Assembly (NCBI GenBank): GCA_951804945.1
Contig: OX638149.1
Coordinates: 77,376,001-77,440,000, forward strand
Source of the DNA: Podarcis cretensis
Lineage: Eukaryota
Direction of reading: 5' to 3'
DNA: 64,000 nucleotides
Shown: positions 48,901-63,500 of the stretch, one piece after another
How the letters are laid out: each line of letters opens with the position of its first letter
How positions within the stretch are numbered: the first letter of the stretch is position 1
Notes under the pieces: generated by a model
What the model was told of the DNA's origin: nothing
What the model saw: only the letters and a program-made list of their open reading frames with translations
Database searches by the model: none
Program-made: the position numbers and the translations under genes

Positions 48901-51900
48901 AAGAAACCAGGGGCCAGCTCCTTCTCATGAAACTGGCCCAGAGCACTGAGAATTCAGACTCAAGCAAAGACAGAGATCGTGCACTGGGTAGCAATATGGA
49001 TTCTCCTTTTGGGGAAGCTCCATAGACATTATCACCAGCATGAGTAACCCGAGTAGTCACACTGGGAAGACAAAAATAAGGAACTGTGACACCTTACTTT
49101 GCTGAAAGGGTTTTTTAATCTATGGATTTGAAATACAATTATTTAACAGGAAACATCCATTTGCATATAATCTTCACAGAATCTCTGGAGGAATTAAGGT
49201 GAGTCTTGTCTCTCATTATTCTGGTCTGGTAAATTTCTAACCTTCTTTTGAGGGTTGAACATATTTTAGACCCCTAATGAGTGACACAGTGTGTTGTGAA
49301 CATTTTATTACCATGAGTTTGTATTACCATGGCAATGATGAGGCAATCCTGGCTCCATCTGTAAGCCAAAGAAGGAGCTGCTGCAAGGAGTTTGTCCTTC
49401 CCTTTCCCATGCCCCCCTCCCATGAATGAACAGCCTGCTCCAACTGCCAGGAACTCAGGGCTGCAGAATCGAAAAGAGCCACTCTCTGCCCTCTTCCACC
49501 AGTCAAGGCAATCCTTGCCTCCCAGGAAGACTGTACAGGCAGGGAAGAGATCAGCCTGACCCTATACATTGGCCAATGAAAGAGCAGCTGCTTTCCTCTT
49601 TCCTTCCCATCTCTTTTTTCTTTTATATTATGTCTATATGATTGAAACCTCTGGACAGGGACTACATGATCTTTTATTAAATTTCAGGCCCTAAACAACA
49701 ACAATAACAGCAGCAACAACAACAACAGCAAGAACTCTGAATATGTGTCTGTTAGAAATTATACCAGAATATATGAAACATGTTTGATCCTTATCCTGCT
49801 TTACAGCAAAACTATTTTAGAAACTGGAAACATTTTTCACACCTGTAAAGGGAAAGGCTGTAGAAAGACCATGAATCATGGAATGTAAACAGACATGTGA
49901 CACGCAACAGTTCCACACGTCTTCTCCTTAAGGTGGAATGGAAATGTCAACACCTCTTCATCAGCCTGCCACATTCCTGTGTCTCACAGTTCCCCTTATG
50001 ATGAACTATAGGCAGTTTGGTTTGTTAACTGGGCAACCAAATCTCTTCTGATGTGATTGATTTTTAAAAAATGCTTTAAATGATCTAACTGCCCCGAAGT
50101 GATTCAAAACACTCAGGATTCAAAACAAAAAACAAAAACCTGTCAGTTTCCCCTCCCCTCCAAATAAAACAAAAACAGCAAACTGGGCAAATATGACCTT
50201 CAGGGTTTATTTTGCTTAAGAAAGTGGATGGTTGGGATCTTTCTGCTTCTATAATCTGCTGTTCCCCAGGAAAGCAACACAACATGTCAGAAGCATGAGT
50301 ACTAATTCAAGAGTAATAATAATAAAAAGGACAGATATGAGAGAGAAAGAGAGGTGTGTCTTGTGCCTTTGACACAGCTTAATAAATAGAAATTCAACAG
50401 GAAAAGCATTGCCTATTTTGTATCTCCATGCCAGAAAAAATAGCACCTGACAAATTTATGCTACTTTTTGTTGTTCTTGCATTTGTTAGAGGTAGAAAGG
50501 CCATGCCACAGCAGATTGCAGAAATTCTACTCAGGAATATGAGTAGGTTATGCTTGTGGATGTAGCATGAGGATAGGGTTTGAGAATTCTACAGAGTCAG
50601 GAGGTTCCATTCAGACTGGGGGCCCTTTCATGTACATTTTTAACAGCGCCTCTGGGCTCTTTTAAAATTCTGAAAGTTGCCTGCTCAGTTTCATCACAGG
50701 GGATCAGTAGTCATGTTCCAAGTTGTGGAAAAATGTAAAATGCTAGTAGTTTTCAGCAGGAGGAGAGAAGGGTGTCAACATTCATGCCTTCTAGTGTTTG
50801 TTTAAGTAGAGGCTGGTGAGAGGGTGACTCAGATAAGAGAATGGGACTCTATATATTTCACTACAGGATCCTCTTTATGGATGTTGCACATTCTAAAATT
50901 TTGCATGTGCACACGCATACATACACACATACAATATTCATGCCAGTGGGGTTTTGTGTCATTTGGTACAGCACTCCTTTTCTTCAGAAGGTGCTTAGAT
51001 ATTGGAAGCAGAGTCAGGATGATTAGAATAGTGGAAGCAATGCATGCACAGAGACATATTGGTTTTGCTGTCACTGTGACTAAATAGGTGTCAGAAAATT
51101 CACCACCATGGAATTCTGAAGCCAACTGAGCCGACCAAACACCTGCTCTGAAACTGCAGCAGCTCCTTCTGACTATCAAGTTCCACATTTCACCTGTATC
51201 AGCCGTTATTTAAGCACATCCCACATCATGAAGACAATAAAGAGCTGCATACGAACTGGGGCCAGCTTGTTGATTAAATAATTTTATTTTCCTCCCATCC
51301 TCCCAGTACGGTGCACAGGGCAGCTTACAACAACCATGTAGGCCATTCTGAGGCTGCAGTACCTTTTACCCAACCACAAAGGATGGCTGCACTTGGAAAA
51401 AAACAACCCTGTGTGTAAGTTCAATACAGCCTAATGGAGACGAGAAGGAACTGTTACTATTGTGGTTGGCCTGATGCGGACTTTTCTGCCCAGCTGCTTG
51501 TTATGTAAGTGTGAGAACTGGACATAGCAGCAAGAGATGGAGGCAGTTGGCTCCACTCTCTGCTGGCTCCCCTTGAGTCTCCGTTGATAGAGCACAGAAA
51601 GCAGGATGGCCCAGCACCATGACCATGGCTATAAAGGTCTTGCTTTGCAGTTCAACTGCCAGGGGGCTTTTCTTTATTGGACATTATGCACAAAGCCATC
51701 AAAAGTCATATAAATATGAATTCATACCACAGGGAGGCTCCCCCATAGAACCTTGTGGCTTGACAACACATTTTTTTTTGGGGGGGGGACCTGTGGTCCT
51801 CCAGATGCTACTGGATTACAAATACCATCAGTCACACCCACACCCATACATACACCCACCCACCCCATCCTACATGGCATATGTTACATTTTAGGCTATG

Positions 51901-54299
51901 CCCTCAGTGTAAGGATAAGGTAGTTTTGTTAGTGGGCCAAGCCAGACATTTAAAAATAAAATAAAATGTAAAAGCAGCTGGGGGGGGAGGGGGTTGAGGA
52001 TAACTCTTCCCTCCTGCATTATTATCCTGGTCTATGTTGCCCCCTCCAAAGATGCTATATGTTCTTTGAGGGGGAAATATAGATTCCAATATAGTATTTG
52101 TAAGCGTTCCCCCACTGGACGAATAGCAGCTGGAAGGATTTTAGCTGGGAAGATGATAGGAGGAAAAAAAAGGTTAACTGCTCTTCCCCACCACAGTGAC
52201 CTTGATTCAGTTCAGCTCCCTTCTCCAAGCTGGTTTTAATATTTACCTTTTCAAAAACAAATGTAAAAGAAAAAAAATTATAGGAGATCTGATCACAGTT
52301 GCCAAGATGTCATATTGAGATTTGCCCTCACTATGTACTAGGCCTCTAAGATGCATGTGAAGTCAGGGCAAGCTTTTTCTCCCCCTCCCTAACAAACGCA
52401 CACACAAACATTGTTGTATATATTTTTTTCCTCCTGTAAGTTTTCCCCCCTGTAACACAGTTTCATGATAAATAATATTTATACTGTGATCATTAAAAGA
52501 AACTTCTCTACCCAGAAGAAAACAACAGGTCCCACAACAGGTATAATCCAAAACTGGAGCTTACCCCAATGCGTCAGCACTTGTCATCCTTGGCAGTGGG
52601 GAATAAATAGAGGAGAAGGAGAGAGAAAGAAAGGGACGTGGAAGCAGGTGGAGAAAAGAGTACGAAAAGCAGAGTGAAATACTGTTCGGAGAACTACATG
52701 GTCATAATTATTGCCACAGGCATCTGCTGCTGATGGAAGCACCAGTGGGGAATTACGCATGGGAAGGGGGGGGGGTTCATTTCCTAAACAAATATTTCCA
52801 TATAGCTCATAATCATAGAAGAAGTTTGCATCTAAGATTATGGGGGCAGACACATCAAGTGTAAACGTGAAAAATAAAACATTGCTTGCCCACCCTCATT
52901 AAGCCAGTCTGTGGAGTTAGCAGTCCAGATCTGATTTGCGGTTGTTTTTATTTATGGCAAATAATCAGATTTTGCACAGTGGGCCGTACAGAAAAGGATG
53001 TGGATCTTCCTCCATTTTGCTCATGTAACATTCTCCTGCCTAGTGATGTCCAGCTAGGAATACCCTTTTCCACTGTGTATTATATCTATACTTTATATGT
53101 AGTGTTAAATGCACTGATAATTAAGACCAATATTTCTGAGTGGGTATGAGGCTCGGATGAACAAAGCTACAAGTGAAGGATGTAACTCACTGGGAGTTTC
53201 TCCTGTTCTGCTGAAATGTATAAAAACATATATGTATTGCCTTTCATGGCTGCTATTCATCTGAGTGAGACTCAGGTAGAAATCCTGAGTAGGTTGTGTT
53301 CAAAGTTGCAACTCTACTTTAATTCTGGCTGAAAGGACCTTCAACTTTTTCCAAAATAGATAAAAATCTATTTTTATTAAATTAAAATTAAAACCAGGGG
53401 TTCTCTGCCTAAAAACAGTGGAAAATAAATGCACAATATAAAATAAATGCAGCCTTAAGCACAAGCTATTAAAGAGATGTTAACTGTTTCTCTGTCCTAC
53501 TACAAATTATAACACTGCTAAGTTACATTTCTACCCTGGTTTTCATTTTAATGTTGCTCAAGTCACATCACACTTGTGATGGGCAAGCAGAAATCTGTAG
53601 ATGTATTGTGGAATAAACTTGTATGATTATTATTCATTTTTTCCCCATATCCCAATTTTGTCTCCCTCTTCCCAACTTCTGTAGGGATCATTTTTGAAAG
53701 CTTTCATTTAAGTCTTCATCTCCTTTTAAACCAGGTACTGTGCATCGTTGGTTGGTTGCTTGCCCCACCAACCAAGTCATCTAACTTTCACTAGGAGGCT
53801 GTCATATAAACAAAAGAGCCTGTTGGTTAAGCTAATCTCAAACAACATGCCAATTTCCTATGGGAAACTTTAAAGGACTCGAGTGCAAAACACTAGATAC
53901 ACCAAAGAATGGCCTTTCCTCGTGTTTCTGAAGTATATTTCCAAAGTTTGCTCAGCATTGAGACTGTGCAACATGGAAGCTGTAAAGAAATACTATGTCT
54001 TAGACAACAATTAAATAATGTCCCTTCCAACTCCACAGTTCTACCTAATTGTATGAAAACATGTTGATTGCCATAGGATATTCAAACTACTTCCTCTTTC
54101 TGCTTTAGGAGACTCATCTCCACAGCAAGCCTCTTCTGTTCTGGCAGTGGAAATTTACTGCCCTATCCTAACATGCACTCTTGGGCCATAAGCCAGAAAC
54201 AGCAGCTTAGAAGACACACAGAAGGTGAAATTGCTCTCCCTCAAGCTGATCCCGTATTCTGCTTCTGAAATAGAGTCTGATAAAGCATCCAGTGAACTG

Positions 54300-54953
54300 T
54301 CTTGTCTTATTTTATGGGATCAACATCAGTTTTTTTGAGGCCTGGGGATGTGGACAAGATCCTTGCCTATTTACTTACTATTTACTCTCTTGACCCTTGC
54401 TCATCATGCCTGATCAAAGCTAGTCACGCAGAGTTAACCAGGTGGATCCAGGAATTGGTAAATGCATCACTTTGTGAAACTGCATTTCACTGTGTGACCA
54501 CTTCTGAAAAACCTGTACTGGGATCCAGAAGTTTATTCCAACTACCACCTGTTTACTAATACTCCTTTTGGGGGCAGTGTGCTTGAGAAGGTGGTGGTTG
54601 CTCACCTACAGGTGCACTCTTGGAGGAAACTGATTATCTGCACCTATTTCAATCTGAATTCAGCCGTGGTTTTAAGACAGAATTGGCCCTGATCACTCTG
54701 ATGGATGACTTCCAGCAGAGAAACAGAGGGAGTGCAACCCAGTTTATCTTGTTGGATCTCTCAGTAGCTTTTGATACTGTTGACCACAGTATTCTCCTGG
54801 ATCATCTCCATGGGCTGGTAGGAGGAAGCACTTGATTATGGTGGACACTACCTGCAGAAATAGTTCCAGTGAGTAGCATTGGAGGACTGTGCCTTGGTTT
54901 AATGTTTAATTATGTTTTTGTATGTGCTGGAAGCCACCAAAGTAATCTGATGG

Positions 54954-54992
<39 letters not shown>

Positions 54993-55900
54993 TAATAACC
55001 CCCCTCCCCAAATCCTATGGGCTGTTCTGGTGGTTCTCCCTCCCCCCAACAATTTGGGGAGAGTGCAGGGAAAATCACTTCTGCACAAGCAGAAGTCCTT
55101 GTGCAGAGCTTCCACCGACAGAGTTCCTTAGATGAATCCCATCCAATGTCCCCAATACTATTTAACAACTACGGTACATGCAGCCACTGGGATCAGCCAT
55201 TAGGAGATTTGAAGCAAATGGTCACCAATATGCAGATGACGCAGAGCTCTGTTTCACTGTAACATCTGGGTCAGGCAAGGATGTGAATTTTCTGAACCAG
55301 TGTCTGGCCACAGTAATGGAATAAACTGAGAATGACTCCTGGGAAGACAGAAACCCTATACAGTAGATAGGTCTTTCTCATGGTCAAGAAATTAGACGTC
55401 TGCTTGTTCTGGATGTGTTTGCTTTTCCTCCACCGGAGTAGGTACATAGTATCCTAGATCAATCTTTGTCAATAGAGACCAAAATGACTACTGCAGCACA
55501 TAGTGTTCACTACCAACTTTGGTTGGTGTGACAGCGATAGTTTGGAAGCTGCAGCTTGTGCAGAATATTGTGGCTGGAGTACTGAGTGTCTAGGTATGTA
55601 CACCAGTGCTTGAAGATCTGCACCAGGTAGCTGTCTACTATCGAGCCGAATTCAAAGTTTTATTATTAACATGTAAAGCCCTAAGCAACTTGGGACCAGT
55701 ATACCTAGATGACCACTCCCCTGTTATAGGCCAAATCATCCTTTACAATAACCAGGCCCTGTTCACTGTAGGATGGCCAGTGGATTGCCAGATGGAAACC
55801 ATTTGGAAACAGGTCTCTTCAGTTATAGCACTAACCCTCTGTCCCCCACAAGAGAGATAGAAGAAGCTCAATCTCAGTTGTCTACTCAGGCATATTTGGA
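54300..55900 (+). mobile_element. Degraded L2-clade LINE reverse transcriptase fragment with internal insertions
   Basis: ILLDLSVAFDTVDHSILL (ORF 54620..54835), QYADDAEL from 55226, FKVLLLTCKALSNLGPVYL (ORF 55606..55860); frameshifted. Confidence 0.85.
54954..54992. repeat. (AAT)n microsatellite
   Basis: Read directly. Confidence 0.95.
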
Positions 55901-58544
55901 TGCTTGAGAGCGTTATCCTGTTCAGACTTGCTGTTTAAATGATTGTCTTATTAACAATGCATTCATTGCAATTTGTTGTATTTTGATGTCCTAATTTTTG
56001 TAAATCACTTAGGGATTTTGCCAAAAATGTAAAATAAATAAAACACTCAACTCTCCTCCATTTCATAAATGATATTGCCATTTGGATAGATGTCCTTTCA
56101 ATCAGATTTGAGGTGTTACTAGAAGGTCCAGCAGACACATATTTCTAACTTATTTACACCCATACACATTATTCTTTGTGTATCCCTTATAGTCCTTGTA
56201 TACCTTCCATCTTTGTGAAGTTCTGGTGAATATTATTGATGTAGAGAAGGAATATATTAAACTTATAAACCCACATTTTAATATATAAAAGGCCACATTT
56301 TGTTGTCAGATTTAGCAATGTAGATTTTTTTACAATTGATGTTCCCAAGTACATTATCTGGTTATCTGGATGTGCATGTAAATCAATGTGCAAGTGACTG
56401 CACATAACACATACACAAATGCTGAAAAAGTAAACAGAATTTGTGTGTCTGTTTATATCAATGTGGACACATAAATGCTATTAATCTTTAGTTTTCCCAG
56501 AAAGGGAAAGGCACCTAGGAGTTTAACGATGAGTATGGACATCACATTGACAATGGGGAAAGAAAGTAGGGAAATGAGATTATTTAAACAAAAATAATAA
56601 TCCCAGAACACAATAAACCCAGCAGCGCAGACATGTGCATTTCCTACAGTACTGAAGCATGTGAACTACGGAGCTGCAGCAACCCAGATGTAGAAGAAGC
56701 ACTGAGGGACAGGGCAACAGATGTGAGACACAGAAAGAGAGAAAGAGAAAGAGAAAGACTATAAAAACTAGAAGAGAGAGAGAGAGAGATTGAGAGAGAA
56801 AAAATGGAGGGAGAGAGGGAGGGAAAGAAACAGTGGCCTCAGCTACCAAGACAACTGTGTGCATCTAGAGGGGCAGGATCCTTAAAGATGCAGTATTCCT
56901 TTTAAAATAAACCAAGAGTGAGAGAAATATTAAGACATTGACCAGGCACCATTTCAAATGTGTGATTTGTTATCCCAACAAGGAAATATTTTGATGGGGT
57001 TTTCTTTGTTGCACTTCTTTTTTGCTCCTGCACTTGGACCTATATTTTCTCATCTTCCCATAACCTTTTCCTCAGTGTACATAAAAAAGACCTAACCCAT
57101 AAAATTTTAGAAATCCCCCTTTCCCCTTTGTGGATCACACATGCCGCTCCCCTCCATTTTCTTCATCCTTTCGTAGATCAGAAAATTGCCACTTTGGGTC
57201 AGAGTTAAGATTGTGCTGTTTGTAACTGATTTCTGCAATGGCTTTCAAATCATAATTATTTCTATAGATGGGAGTACGGTGGCCATATATTCATCTCATA
57301 CAAAAGGTTATGGAGATTGGTTGATCTTTTCTGTGGATTTGCATTTGCTAAACTATTCTTACAAATGGTTTATCTTCAAATTGTGATGCTGCATGTCCTA
57401 CTTCAACAAACTTTTCTAAGAAATAGTTGAGACGTGGTGAGTTGTGATCTGTTTACGAATTGAGCCATTCCCAAAAATTGTTCAGCTCATGCATACCCAC
57501 TGTAAAAGTCCATTTGTATTGACTTCAAGATGTGAAATGGAGCCTACTTTTGCCAGTTCTTCCAGGAAGGACCAGAACTGGAAATGTTACTCCTGTCACT
57601 AATAAAATATTGATGCATTTATAGAGGTCTCCGCCTCCTAAGCATTCCATGTGCTTCACAAACACTGTCTCAACAATGCTCAACATATAAAATAGGCCAG
57701 CATTACATTTCCCCTGTTACAGAACCAGTTCAAAACTAAGAGAGCCTGCTTTAGCAAAGTGAGACTTGTCTGTTTTTCAAAATAAAATAAAAAACAAAAG
57801 TGCAGGCACCCATTCTGGGGAAATGGTAAGTTGGCTGAGACTTGTGTAACTACAGGAGAAAAAAGGTTAAGGTGGGTTAATGATGGTGGGAAGATCTAGT
57901 AAAACCTTTTTTTTTTTCTTAAGGGAAATGCATCAAAAGCCACTGTCGTGATAAGGAAGGGGGGAATGGTCAAGGCTGGGCTATTGTCCTGATCTGTCTG
58001 GCAAGAACTTTGACAGGGCTAACAAGACATGGTTAGGTTTTCAGAACCCCATCCTACAACCGTCACTCCAGGCTGAGATTTGTATCAAGGCTCTGGCTCC
58101 CGCAACAGAGCTTGGGGACTCCCTGACGAGCACTGCACAAGACAGCAGCTCATTATTTTTCCCCAGCTTGTGAACTTTTTATGAGTTCCTGGCAGCTTGG
58201 CTGCAATGCTCTCTTCCTGCAGGCCCTCATAAAAATGAGTGCCTTGTATGCTGCGCCAGAATCAGACCATCCATCTGCTGACAGGCAGAGTTCCCTCTAT
58301 CTGCAGCTTCTAAATGAGAAACCTGCAGGTCCTTTAAAAAGTTTATTTACTGGACTTTCTTGGCCTACAAAAGCAGTTTCTAGGCTTAATTTGAGCCAAG
58401 GTTCGCAAAAGCTCAGTCCAAGAGCCCATTTTCAATATTATGAATACCAGCTCAAGTGCAGTGCAGTGGCTAAGCAACTGAGGGCTCACCCACAATTCCA
58501 CTTGTCCCATGTTTAGAAAGCACAGGTCCAAGCAGTTTCCCCCC

Positions 58545-58680
58545 GCTCCACTTCTTTCCCAGGAAAACCCCGCTCTTTAGCTCTAAATCAGAACAAACAA
58601 CAATACATGGAAAACCCAATAGCTATTTGCTCTTATTCAGTGCTAAAGAGTGGTTTTCCCCAGGGGAAAGCAGTGGGAGA
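58545..58680. repeat. Imperfect palindrome, MITE-like
   Basis: GGAAAACCCCGCTCTTTAGC pairs with GCTAAAGAGTGGTTTTCC. Confidence 0.6.
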
Positions 58681-58699
58681 ACAGTGGATAAACAAAAGT

Positions 58700-59075
58700 G
58701 TGGATAACACTAGGAAGCAACCAGTTCAAATCTTGCCCCTTCAATGTACTCACTAGTCAGATCAGAGCCTGTGGGGGTGGGGTGGGTAGAGTGTTGGACT
58801 AGAACCTGGAAGCCTTGGGTTCAAATTTTCACTAAACTGGGAAGCCAGTCTCTCAATCTAATTTACCTCATAGTGGATTATGAGGATTAAATAGGGAAGA
58901 ACCACATATGAGGAAAGGTGGGATATAATTGTATATATAAATAATAACTCTCTTCTGCTCTTAGTTCCCAAACTACAAAAATGGATATAGTGAGTTACCG
59001 AATAGGGCAACTGTAATGATTACAAGACAATGTATATGGAGCAGTTTGAAAACCTCAAGTGTTATTCATAATGCA
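58700..59075 (+). mobile_element. MIR-like SINE remnants (probably nested)
   Basis: AGAGTGTTGGACTAG...GGGTTCAAAT head and TACCTCATAG...ATGAGGATTAAAT core. Confidence 0.45.
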
Positions 59076-59872
59076 GTGGATAGGACTTCTTTCCCACAGT
59101 CTGCAGGTTGGGTGTAGACCAATGTGCCTTTGAGTACATGCAGAATATTTTTCTTTGCCCGTGTGTAACTACAGTGAGATTCCACATACTTAAGTATATG
59201 TCATGCTTCCTTACAGATTATATGAGTGTAGTTGCAAAAGGTTTCTAGGTGATAAACTAGGGGTACAATCCACAACTAGAAAACTCTCATCTATCTCAGT
59301 GGGATTTGGACACTACCTGCTGTCTATGTTCAAAAGGAAAGGACTTAAATGGTTCAAAACCTACTTAATGTTCTAGAGCAATGAATAATTCTCCAGATGG
59401 TTAGAAAAGAGTAGATTCTATTTTTCAAGTGAACGAATTGGGTGCTGCCTTTGTCAATGTTAACAAGACAGGAAATATTACACAGTGTTATTACCTTTAT
59501 GCCTCATTTTTATCACTGTTAAAGGTTTTAAAAATGAAACAACTCAAAAGCAGCAACAATGCCTTCAACAGCTGCACCAAAACAACACCAACACAGAGTT
59601 TTGTCTGGTGCATTTTGTCATGCAGAGATGAGAAAAGCTGCACCTTTGGAAACTCCATCTGCTACACCAGTCTTAGCCAACCTGGTGCCCTCCAGATGTT
59701 TTGGATAACAACCCCCTTCAGATGCCAAAGGCAGCACTGCACAATTATTAAGCCCGCTTTCCCATTAACAGTCTTGCTCCTATCTCTTATGGCAGAGTGC
59801 AGCACCTTTTGGTAGCTGAACTGTCATGGCTGAGGAGGACAAGGAAAGTCAACCTAATCTTCAAAGTTCAAG

Positions 59873-59874
<2 letters not shown>

Positions 59875-59905
<31 letters not shown>
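59875..59905. repeat. (AAT)n microsatellite
   Basis: Read directly. Confidence 0.95.
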
Positions 59906-59906
<1 letters not shown>

Positions 59907-60167
59907 TGAGAGTAGCTAACATATTTTATGTAGTTTGCTTAAGGATCAGGGCCCCTTCTACTGCTCGTTAAATGGTTTACCAATACCAAATTTGGCTTCC
60001 TCAGGAATACCACTGCCTTCCCCCATTTGCCAGCACAGAGGCAAGAAAGGTATATGGAGGAAGAGGTGGCTTTGGGAGATGAAGGAACCCTGGCTTGTCA
60101 CCACCTATTCTTTCCTCACTGTAGCTCTTCTGTAAATTAGTTACTGACTCATGGTCACAGAACACAC

Positions 60168-60291
60168 TAGCGCAACTCCAAACCAGTGCCCCCCAGATAT
60201 TATTGGACTACAACTCCCGTCATCCCTTGTCAGCATGATCAGTAGTCAGGGATAGTCCAGCATCTGGAAGGTGCGAGGGTGGGGAAGGCTG
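60168..60291. repeat. Dispersed MITE-like repeat with CCAGATGTT..TGGACTACAACTCCC core; copies near 11834-12050, 35400, 51790 and 59670
   Basis: Same core motif seen at each listed site. Confidence 0.6.
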
Positions 60292-60459
60292 GAATAGTGT
60301 GCTGATGTGGAAGAAAACTACGTAGCTATTGGTCCACCCAAAACTGGGTCTCTTTCTCTCAAGTGCAAGCAATTTTTTCCCCAGTGAAGAAGGTAAGTAC
60401 TGCATCTTTAAGGAATAGCAGTGAGGTAAAGGAGAGGAACAGATTGTTGGTGTTTATAC

Positions 60460-60525
60460 CTTTCTTCTTTGTTGAATTTGGGATTGGCGTCACAGATATC
60501 CAGGCTTTTACTGAACATTGTTTTA
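60460..60525 (-). CDS. BRSK2: BRSK2 66-nt alternative cassette exon: (S)KTMFSKSLDICDANPKFNKEE(R)
   Basis: Flanked by ...gccatag| and |gtataa; symmetric phase 2/2. Resembles the mammalian BRSK2 optional insert SKAMFSKSLDIAEAHPQFSKEDR (recalled). Confidence 0.9.
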
Positions 60526-63500
60526 CTATGGCAGGAACAAAGTGAGAAAACAGAGTTACTAATGTGGACATTCATATGAGATTTGCCTGACGCAGAACCT
60601 GAGACCCACCCACCCAAAGTTACCCCACCCATTTTGAAGAAATGCTCTGGAACAGGGATCAGGACTGTGTTCCTTTACCAATTGGGTGTCTTGCCCCAGA
60701 AAGGTACCAAATTTATGGGTGTACTCAACTTAGATTTGGCTTATACTACACCAATGAAGTAAGTGGGGAGATTTTGATACTGAATTTGATGATGCAGGCT
60801 CAAACCGCAACTCTCAAGTTGGTCATGGCGGCATGAGGCAAGATTCATTTTATACAAACCATGTCTCCAAAACTTCTTGCACATGCCTTCCCCAAACCCA
60901 AGTTAGCCGATTTGTGAGACATGTCAGAATTCAACTGAGGCCACCAATATTAAACATGGTCTGAAGAACACAGATTCAGTTAAGTGGTTCAAAATGGCCT
61001 CTGCTATACATACCTTGTTCCCACAAGTTCCCCCCTCCCCTCCCCCCATAGCCTCATCTGCAAACAAAGGCCTAAAACACAGGTCTGGCCTATGGACAGT
61101 TGATCTGGAGTATACCAGACCCAAATGAAAGTTGTCATTCCAGATAATCAGTGTAGAAAAAGGACACCAGTTTGTTGATGGAACCAACTCTCTCAGCTCC
61201 CCTTCCAGTTCTTAATCTGCTCCCTGTACTTCATTCTGTTTGCTTTAAGAGAAACCTAAAAGCCAATGACAACCATCTTTGGAGGGAGAAAAAAAGAACC
61301 TGTTGCAGGAAAATGCACCATGAACGTGGCAGCTGCTATGGCATTGATGTATCTTGGGGGAGATGAAAGGCTGAGTTTAAATATGATGAAGAACAATGTA
61401 CTAAAGTCCCCAGAATAGAAAGAATAAAAGGAAATGATGTTTACAGTAACCAAAACAGCAAATGGAGGAAGCAGGATTTTCAGTAGAGAAGTATTGAAAA
61501 CCAAGTAGGTTTTAGGATATTCAACACTGCATTTTATCTCTTCCCTCAGTAATAGTGAACAGGGAAGGAAGAGGCAAGGAATATATAAAGAGTCAGATAC
61601 ACTGGGAAAAAATGTAAAGCACTGAAGAAGCTAAGTAACACTTTTTGCTCACAGTACATTAGGGTTGGCAGCTAGCAGGATTACAATAGGCCAGTCAAAC
61701 CAGCACAGCAGATACCTGTGCACTTTTGAGTCTCAGGCAGCCAGGAAGACAATGCATGGCAACAAAACATTCCAAGCATAGACAGACAGAAAGCAACTGA
61801 AGGTAGAGTTATGCTGGTACATAGCTCTCTCATCCCACCCCTTGGCAGGTTTCACATGATATTAAATATTCTTCACAAATATGTCAAAGAAAGGATAGAG
61901 GTTCTTTCCAAAGCCCATTAATATTTGTCCTTGCAGCTGCATTAACTATGAACCCCAACTCTTATTTCCCCCCAAAACCTATGCCAAGATTTTGTGTGGT
62001 TTTGTACCACAAACCTTGGGTTTTGTACCACCACCTGCAGTGTATTGACACATCAAAGGCTCCTAGGTAAGGATGCTGAGAATTATCTGCTATAAATCCT
62101 GTTAGAACCACAATTTCCAAACTGTCTTAGGAAAGGGAATTAGTGCTGGACCACTTATGTCTATAGTGAACATACACCTTGAGAATGTTGTTCTTAAGGG
62201 CAGATGGAACTCTAACAAAAATTACCTTTCAAATGCTACTTGGAGCATAATACTATGCTGGGAGCCTTACAAAGTTTGCCTCTTGGTTGGATGTACTTGG
62301 GTTTTATTACTGATGGTACAGACCGTCTTCCTGTCAGATGGTCACCATCTCCAAACACCTTTGTTGTTAATGAACAGTCCATGTTCTGAATAAGTACACT
62401 GCCAGTAGTCTCTGCTGTATGCCTTTGCAATCTGAAGATGAGGTGGCTCATCTGATTTACCAAAGCACAGTAAAAAAATAAAAATTCATTCTATGTCTGT
62501 TCCATTTCCCTGTTCACAATCACACATTGGTACCTTCCTTTAGCAGCTATGGCCTAGCAATCAATATATGAGCAAAAGCGCAGATGTTGTATTTGGCATG
62601 CATTCTGACTCACAAAAATATGGACACATCTTTTGCTGTGTGGCACAACCTTTTGTATAAAAGCATCACTTCAGAAAAAATTCTCTGGACTTCTGTCAGT
62701 TTATCAGTTTCTACTAAAGCAGTGTTCATGCTCCCCACCCCCTGCCAACATTCAAATAAATAAAAGCACACACTCTCATTTGGTGAGAGACAAAGCTGTG
62801 TAATATTTGCACTTTCCTGAGAATCTGCTATGCAATTGCCATCCCAAGGTGAGAGATAGCAGGAATTGTGCAAGCTACTTTTATGTATCAGGATTAAGCC
62901 AAGATCTTAGAATCAGGAAATGACATTCTTCCTAATTTGGGTTTTCTTTCTCAGTTGGCTAGCCCTAGCAAATTCTACCCAGACAAGTGCCTGATGTAAA
63001 CAACTGGAATGCAAAACAGCATGGTAACTGTCTGCAGGTGAGTTTATATTATCACAAGCTGTCTCCATCGTTCTGTTCCTGAAGAGCTTCATTGTTAGGT
63101 AAGCAAAATTCTCAGCACCCAAAATGAACTTTCAGAGTTGAGACAAGGGAGCCTATGTAATCAATGGTGATAGCTCAGTATTGTAGCAGTTTAGCCTCAC
63201 CATGCTTACACTTGCTTCTTAGCCTGTCATCTCTGATCAAATTGGCCCCAACCACTACATCAGGATACATTTACCAAATTACCATTTCACTACTTACTTT
63301 TCAGGCATCCTGTTGCTGCATATCTCAGACCAAAAACTGTACAGTGCACAGCTATGTACCCCCAGCAATCAAATTTGGTTAGTCTTGGCAAATTGCTCTT
63401 TGCACACACTAGAGGACTACAGGCCCTCTTGTGTTTTCTACTTGGCGACTGGACATCAGCTAAAGTTGGGGAGGATAACTGATAACAACTGAGGCACAGG

